A DNA stretch of 64,000 nucleotides, from assembly GCA_964472655.1 (NCBI GenBank), contig CAYYLQ010000012.1, forward strand, positions 5,124-69,123, read 5' to 3'. This DNA is from an uncultured Nitrospirales bacterium. Its GTDB lineage: Bacteria > Nitrospirota > Nitrospiria > Nitrospirales > NS-4. Positions 59,340-64,000 of the stretch are shown here, in pieces. The notes under the pieces were generated by a model. It was not told the origin of the DNA and searched no databases. It saw nothing but the letters and a program-made list of their open reading frames with translations. The first letter of the stretch is position 1. The number at the start of each line of letters is the position of its first letter. The position numbers and the translations under genes are program-made.

Positions 59340-60835
59340 GGCAGGACCACTCCCCGGTCCATCACGTCGAAGATATGCGCGACGCTGGCGTGCATCGGTG
59401 TCAGGAAGGGATTCGGGAAGACGCCGATCCAGAAAATGAGAATGACAAGAGGCACCAGCGTGGCCATCTCGCACCAGTTCAAGTCGGGCAACTTCGCCGT
59501 CTTCTCATTCGGCACGCCGAACGCGATCCGCTGGACCATCCAGAGCAAATAGACCGCCGCGAGAATGATGCCGAGCGTGGCCAGCACCGCGACGGCCTTG
59601 TTGTAGATGAAGCTCCCCACCAGCACCAGGAACTCCCCGATGAAGCTGTTCGTGCCGGGGAGGCCGAGCGAGGAGAGGGCGAAAATCACCAGGCAGGTGG
59701 CGTAGCGGGGCATGGGCTTCGACAGGCCGCCGTTGTCCGTGATCTGCCGGCTGTGCGTACGCTCGTAGATGAGGCCCACGCAGAGGAACAGCCCGCCGGT
59801 CGTGATGCCGTGATTGAGCATCTGCAGGAGCGCGCCCTCGATGCCCTGGGTGTTGAACACGAAGATACCCAGCGTCACGAACCCCATGTGGCTCACGCTG
59901 GAGTAGGCGATCAACTTCTTGAGGTCGCTCTGGGCCAGGGCCATGTAGGCTCCGTAGAGGATGGCGATGATGGAGAGCGTCAGGACGATCGGCGTGAACC
60001 GCAGCGACGCATCGGGCAGCATCGGCAGGCTGAACCGCAGGAAGCCGTAGGCGCCCATCTTCAGGAGGACGCTGGCCAGGATCACGCTGCCGGCGGTCGG
60101 CGCCTCGACGTGCGCGTCCGGCAGCCAGGTATGGAAGGGGAACATGGGGACCTTGACCGCGAAGGCGACGAAGAAGGCCCAGAAGAGCCAGTCCTGGAGC
60201 GTTTCGCTATAGTGCGTGCGGCTCAGTGCCAGGATGTCGAAGGTCTCGCCGCCCTGGAAGTAGAGCACGATGATGGCGATCAGCAGCAGAAGGCTGCCGG
60301 CCAGGGTGTAGAGGAAGAACTTGATCGCGGCGTAGATGCGGTTGGGGCCGCCCCAGACGCCGATGAGGAGGTACATGGGGATCAGCATGGCCTCCCAGAA
60401 GACGTAGAAGAGCACGAAGTTGAGCGCGCAGAAGACGCCCACCAGCGCAGTCTCCATGACCAGCAGCGCGATCATGAACTCCCGCACGCGGTTCTTGATC
60501 GCGGTCCAGGAGCAGACCACGCAGATCGGCGTGAGCAGCGTCGTCAGGAGCACCAGCCACAGGCTGATCCCGTCGATGCCGACGGCGTAGCTGATCGGGG
60601 GCGCGGTGATCCACGGGACGACCTCGCCGAATTGCATCCGGTGTCCGGACGGGTCGAACCAGAGATAGAGCGGGAGCGACAGGATGAATTCGATGCCCGC
60701 CGTCCAGAAGGCGACGTGCTTGGTGGCCGCTTCCTCCGTGACGAAGGCCATCATCGCCACGCCCACGAGCGGCAGGGCGATCAGGAGCGTGAGCAGGTGC
60801 GGCAGGGCCGTCGTATTGAGGATGACGTCTTGCAT
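59336..60835 (-). CDS. nuoM: NADH-quinone oxidoreductase subunit M
   Basis: Starts at an internal ATG (aa 58 of the track ORF) that overlaps the nuoL stop. 'PFHTWLPDAHVEAPTAGSVILA'. Confidence 0.9.
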   Translation of the reverse strand: MQDVILNTTALPHLLTLLIALPLVGVAMMAFVTEEAATKHVAFWTAGIEFILSLPLYLWFDPSGHRMQFGEVVPWITAPPISYAVGIDGISLWLVLLTTLLTPICVVCSWTAIKNRVREFMIALLVMETALVGVFCALNFVLFYVFWEAMLIPMYLLIGVWGGPNRIYAAIKFFLYTLAGSLLLLIAIIVLYFQGGETFDILALSRTHYSETLQDWLFWAFFVAFAVKVPMFPFHTWLPDAHVEAPTAGSVILASVLLKMGAYGFLRFSLPMLPDASLRFTPIVLTLSIIAILYGAYMALAQSDLKKLIAYSSVSHMGFVTLGIFVFNTQGIEGALLQMLNHGITTGGLFLCVGLIYERTHSRQITDNGGLSKPMPRYATCLVIFALSSLGLPGTNSFIGEFLVLVGSFIYNKAVAVLATLGIILAAVYLLWMVQRIAFGVPNEKTAKLPDLNWCEMATLVPLVILIFWIGVFPNPFLTPMHASVAHIFDVMDRGVVLP

Positions 60836-62727
60836 CAGAACCACAGGTACAGGCCGAGTATCGCCACCGCCCCAAGGGCCATGGCCAGCGCGTAATGCTG
60901 GACCTGGCCGCTCTGGACGAGCCGCATGGCCTGTCCCCACCTCACAGTGGCGGAGGCCACGCCGTTCACCATCGCGTCGATCACCGCGACATCCACCCTG
61001 CGCCACAGACCGGTCGCGAGGTCCACCGTGGGTGTGACGACCGTCCGGTCATAGAGCTCGTCCACGTACCACTTGTTGAAGGAGAGGGCATAGGCCTGCT
61101 TCCACTTCTCGGCAAGCCGCTGGGACAGCCCCGGCGATTGCACATACACGACGTAGGCGGCGGCGATGCCGCCGATCCCCATCGCGACGGCGGCGAGCAT
61201 GAGCAGGAGCGGGCCTTCGTGCGCCTCCATGCCTGCCGGGCCTTTCAAGACCGGCTCGATGAAGTGAGGGATGCCGAAGTAGCCGGCGACGACGGACAGA
61301 ACGGCCAGGATGATCAACGGCACAGTCATCGTCGGAGATGGTTCGTGGATGTGGCCGGCATGGTGCGGCTCCACCCGCGACTCGCCCCAGAAGGCCACGA
61401 ACACGAGGCGGAAACTGTAGAAGGCCGTCATGAACGCCGTGACCAGCCCGACGACCGCCAGCGTCTTGCCCAACGCGCCGGCTGCCCAGGCCCCCGCCAG
61501 AATTTCCTCCTTGCTGAAAAAGCCTGAGAATCCCGGGAAGCCGGCCAGGGCCAACGAGCCGATCACCATGGTCCAGTACGTCACCGGCAGCTTGTCCTTG
61601 AGTCCGCCCATGCGGCGCATATCCTGCTCGTGGTGCAGCGCGATGATGATCGAGCCGCAGCAGAGGAACAGGAGGGCCTTGAAGGCCCCGTGGGTCAGGA
61701 GGTGGTACATGCCGGCCGTGTAGGCCCCGAGGCCGCAGGCCATCATCATGTAGCCGAGCTGGCTGACGGTCGAATAGGCCACGACGCGCTTGATGTCGTT
61801 CTGGGTCAGGGCGATGGTCGCGGCGAAGATCGCAGTGAGACTGCCCGTCACGGCCACCACGTCCATCGCGCCGGGCGCCAGGTTATAGAGCGGCGCGAAG
61901 CGCGCCACCATGAAGACACCGGCGGTCACCATCGTGGCGGCGTGGATCAGGGCCGAGATCGGGGTGGGGCCTTCCATGGCGTCCGGCAGCCAGACGTGCA
62001 GCGGCACCTGGGCCGACTTGCCGACGGCGCCGGCGAACAGCAGGAGGCAGATCATCGTGAGCGTGGGCACCAGCCACTCGCCGCCGAGCGGCCTCAGGAC
62101 GTTGATCGTCTGACTCTCCGCCAGGACCGCGTGGCCGAAGACCGCGTCATATTGCAGAGAGCCGAACGTGACGAAGATCAGCATGATGCCCAGGCCGAAC
62201 CCGAAGTCGCCCACCCGGTTCACCACGAAGGCCTTGACCGCGGCGTCGCAGGCGGACTTGCGGTCGTACCAGTGTCCGATCAACAGGTAGGAGCAGAGGC
62301 CCACCGCCTCCCAGAATACGTAGAGCTGGAGGAAGTTGTCGGCCATCACGAGCATCAGCATCGAGAAGGTGAAGAGCGCGATGTAGCCGAAGAAGCGGGC
62401 GTAGCCTGGCTCGCCTCGCATGTAGCCGATGGTGTAGACGTGCACGAGCCCGCTGACGATGGTGACGAGGAGGAGCATGGCGGCCGTCAGCCGGTCGATG
62501 TAGAAACCGATGTTGACGTCGAAGGCGCCGGAGGTGATCCAGGAGTAGAGGGTCAGGCGGATGGGCTCGCCCGTTGCGATGTCCATGAACGTCGAGAGGG
62601 ACAGGAGGAACGACAGGCCCACGGCCGGCACGGCGATCCAGTGCGCATGTTCTTTGATCCAGTAGCCGCACAAGCCGATCACCAGGAACGCGGCAAACGG
62701 CAGCAAGGGGATGAGCGCGTACTTCAT
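60835..62727 (-). CDS. nuoL: NADH-quinone oxidoreductase subunit L
   Basis: 630 aa. 'PLHVWLPDAMEGPTPISALIHAATMV' and a C-terminal lateral-helix region. Confidence 0.9.
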   Translation of the reverse strand: MKYALIPLLPFAAFLVIGLCGYWIKEHAHWIAVPAVGLSFLLSLSTFMDIATGEPIRLTLYSWITSGAFDVNIGFYIDRLTAAMLLLVTIVSGLVHVYTIGYMRGEPGYARFFGYIALFTFSMLMLVMADNFLQLYVFWEAVGLCSYLLIGHWYDRKSACDAAVKAFVVNRVGDFGFGLGIMLIFVTFGSLQYDAVFGHAVLAESQTINVLRPLGGEWLVPTLTMICLLLFAGAVGKSAQVPLHVWLPDAMEGPTPISALIHAATMVTAGVFMVARFAPLYNLAPGAMDVVAVTGSLTAIFAATIALTQNDIKRVVAYSTVSQLGYMMMACGLGAYTAGMYHLLTHGAFKALLFLCCGSIIIALHHEQDMRRMGGLKDKLPVTYWTMVIGSLALAGFPGFSGFFSKEEILAGAWAAGALGKTLAVVGLVTAFMTAFYSFRLVFVAFWGESRVEPHHAGHIHEPSPTMTVPLIILAVLSVVAGYFGIPHFIEPVLKGPAGMEAHEGPLLLMLAAVAMGIGGIAAAYVVYVQSPGLSQRLAEKWKQAYALSFNKWYVDELYDRTVVTPTVDLATGLWRRVDVAVIDAMVNGVASATVRWGQAMRLVQSGQVQHYALAMALGAVAILGLYLWF

Positions 62728-62734
62728 ACAATCA

Positions 62735-63037
62735 TTACCATTTCATCAAGTTCAACTCGGCGACGTTCACGGTCGCCTTGCTTCTATAGAGCGCGATGAT
62801 GATGGCGAGGCCGACCGCCACCTCCGCCGCCGCAACCGTGAGCGCGAAGAAGACGAACACCTGCCCCGCGATGTTGTCCAGATAGTACGAGAAGGCCACG
62901 AAGTTGATGTTCGTGGCGTTCAGCATCAGCTCGATGGAGAGCAGCAACATGATGATGTTCCGCCGGATCAGCACTCCGACGACGCCGGTGGTGAACACGA
63001 TCGCGCTGAGGATCATGTAATAGGACAGGGGAATCAT
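62735..63037 (-). CDS. nuoK: NADH-quinone oxidoreductase subunit K
   Basis: 100 aa, 3 TM, '[20 protein letters not shown]'. Confidence 0.9.
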   Translation of the reverse strand: MIPLSYYMILSAIVFTTGVVGVLIRRNIIMLLLSIELMLNATNINFVAFSYYLDNIAGQVFVFFALTVAAAEVAVGLAIIIALYRSKATVNVAELNLMKW

Positions 63038-63039
63038 GA

Positions 63040-63582
63040 CTATTTAGACTCCCTGAGGGGCCCGGGCTCTATGATCCCCTTCTTGGCCATGATGATGGCG
63101 CCGATCATGGCGACCAGGAGGATCAGCGAGGCCACTTCGAAGGGAAAGAGATACGTGGTGTAGAGCGCCTTCCCGACCGTTTCGGTATTGCCGACGGCGG
63201 CCGCCGCGGCCGCCTCGCCTGCGGCGGCGGCGGTGCGCGCCGGCTCCTCCGGCAGCGCCACTTTGCTGACGATGTAAATGACTTCCGCGAGCGCGAGCAG
63301 GCCGAGCCCCAGCCCCAGCTTCACTTGTTTTTGGTAGGAGTCGTCCTGCTGGAGGTTCAGGATCATCACGACGAAGAGGTACAACACGAGGATGGCGCCC
63401 GCGTATACGATCAGCTGGACCGCCGCCAGGAACTCGGCATGCAGGGTGACAAACAGGCCCGCGATGTGGAAGAACATCACCAGCAGCGCGATGACACTGT
63501 ACACCGGGTTGCGTAGCGCGACCACGAGGAGGGCGCACAGAACGATAACGCTCCCGAAATAGAAGAAGGACAGGGTGGCCAC
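63040..63582 (-). CDS. nuoJ: NADH-quinone oxidoreductase subunit J
   Basis: 180 aa. '[39 protein letters not shown]'. Confidence 0.9.
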   Translation of the reverse strand: MATLSFFYFGSVIVLCALLVVALRNPVYSVIALLVMFFHIAGLFVTLHAEFLAAVQLIVYAGAILVLYLFVVMILNLQQDDSYQKQVKLGLGLGLLALAEVIYIVSKVALPEEPARTAAAAGEAAAAAAVGNTETVGKALYTTYLFPFEVASLILLVAMIGAIIMAKKGIIEPGPLRESK

Positions 63583-63597
63583 GATCGCGCCGGGTCC

Positions 63598-64000
63598 CTA
63601 TGAGGCTTTGGGAGGCAGGCTTTTGTGGCCGATGTTGAAGTAGGCCACGTTGGGATGCTGGAACGCCAGCTTCTTTTCGCGTTCCGCAAAGTTGCGGTCA
63701 CCGAGCGCCAGCAATTGCGGCTTGTCGAGCCGGAGGTCTCGCTTGTTGTACCGGGCCCACTCGTACTCCTTCGTCATGGCCAGGGCGTCCACCGGGCAGG
63801 CGTCCACACAGAGGCCGCAAAAGAGACAGCGGGTCATGTCCATGTAGTATTCCTTGGCGTACCGTTTCATCGGCTCACCCTCGACCTCGGCGCTGATGAC
63901 CGTGATGACGCGGGACGGGCAGGCGGCCTCGCAGAGGTCGCAGCCCACGCACTTCTCAACCCCGTCGTCGTACTTCAGTAGCGCGATCATCCCGCGGTAG
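63598..64000 (-). CDS. nuoI: NADH-quinone oxidoreductase subunit I, 3' part (N-terminus beyond the window)
   Basis: Two 4Fe-4S motifs, 'CVGCDLCEAACP' and 'CLFCGLCVDACP'. The frame stays open to the window edge (...YRGMIALL). Confidence 0.85.
   Translation of the reverse strand, partial: YRGMIALLKYDDGVEKCVGCDLCEAACPSRVITVISAEVEGEPMKRYAKEYYMDMTRCLFCGLCVDACPVDALAMTKEYEWARYNKRDLRLDKPQLLALGDRNFAEREKKLAFQHPNVAYFNIGHKSLPPKAS

Noticed and set aside
59375-62799. 506-aa and 389-aa plus-strand ORFs
   Set aside because: Antisense to nuoM and nuoL. They are highly charged (D/E/R/H/G-rich), which is incompatible with the hydrophobic coding strand opposite.
1-64000. CRISPR arrays, rRNA/tRNA genes, and tandem or periodic repeats
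   Set aside because: Intergenic regions are short (mostly under 130 nt). The two longer ones (25439-25651, 29808-30068) contain promoters and inverted repeats but no periodic repeat-spacer structure or cloverleaf-compatible sequence.

Overview
High-GC chromosomal segment (about 65% GC in hand-counted core lines) from a diderm bacterium, and almost entirely coding. I cannot assign taxonomy from sequence alone. Core content, in order: partial RND adaptor and CusA/CzcA pump; APC permease; a ubiE/radical-SAM/USP/PCP_red cluster; VOC protein; an atypical uvrA; ECF sigma/anti-sigma/Spy-like/YHS set; transaldolase; an Mla-like transporter; UDG; lytic transglycosylase; glycerate kinase; the minus-strand supraoperon pheA-hisC-aroF-tyrA-aroA-cmk-plsC-rpsA-sppA-ihfB; ruvB-ruvA-yebC; uvrC; an M50 protease; and nuoI-J-K-L-M-N. 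Many adjacent genes overlap start on stop (ATGA, GTGA, TGATG), which indicates translational coupling. I saw no rRNA, tRNA, CRISPR array, integrase or transposase. Accessory or unusual content: (1) three AT-richer cassettes sit between housekeeping operons. They are an HNH-nuclease/beta-class methyltransferase R-M pair (13.45-14.93 kb), an SDH-family Clp-fold protease plus small ORF (51.7-53.0 kb), and an HEPN-like (Rx4H) protein plus 5-TM membrane protein (56.6-57.8 kb). The last is my best candidate for an undescribed defence/abortive module. (2) A sigma-54-wired locus (25.5-35.0 kb) has a kinase-lipoprotein-enhancer-binding-protein operon bracketed by two about 82%-identical PilZ paralogues. 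It lies divergent from an operon encoding small membrane proteins that share a C-terminal motif, a PA2779/PA2778-like pair, an excisionase-type HTH and an outer-membrane barrel. (3) A translationally coupled radical-SAM/SPASM, USP and CopD/HemJ-like trio is rich in PCP_red-like repeats and lies next to a ubiE-coupled B12 radical-SAM gene. Long antisense ORFs in the track are treated as high-GC artefacts.
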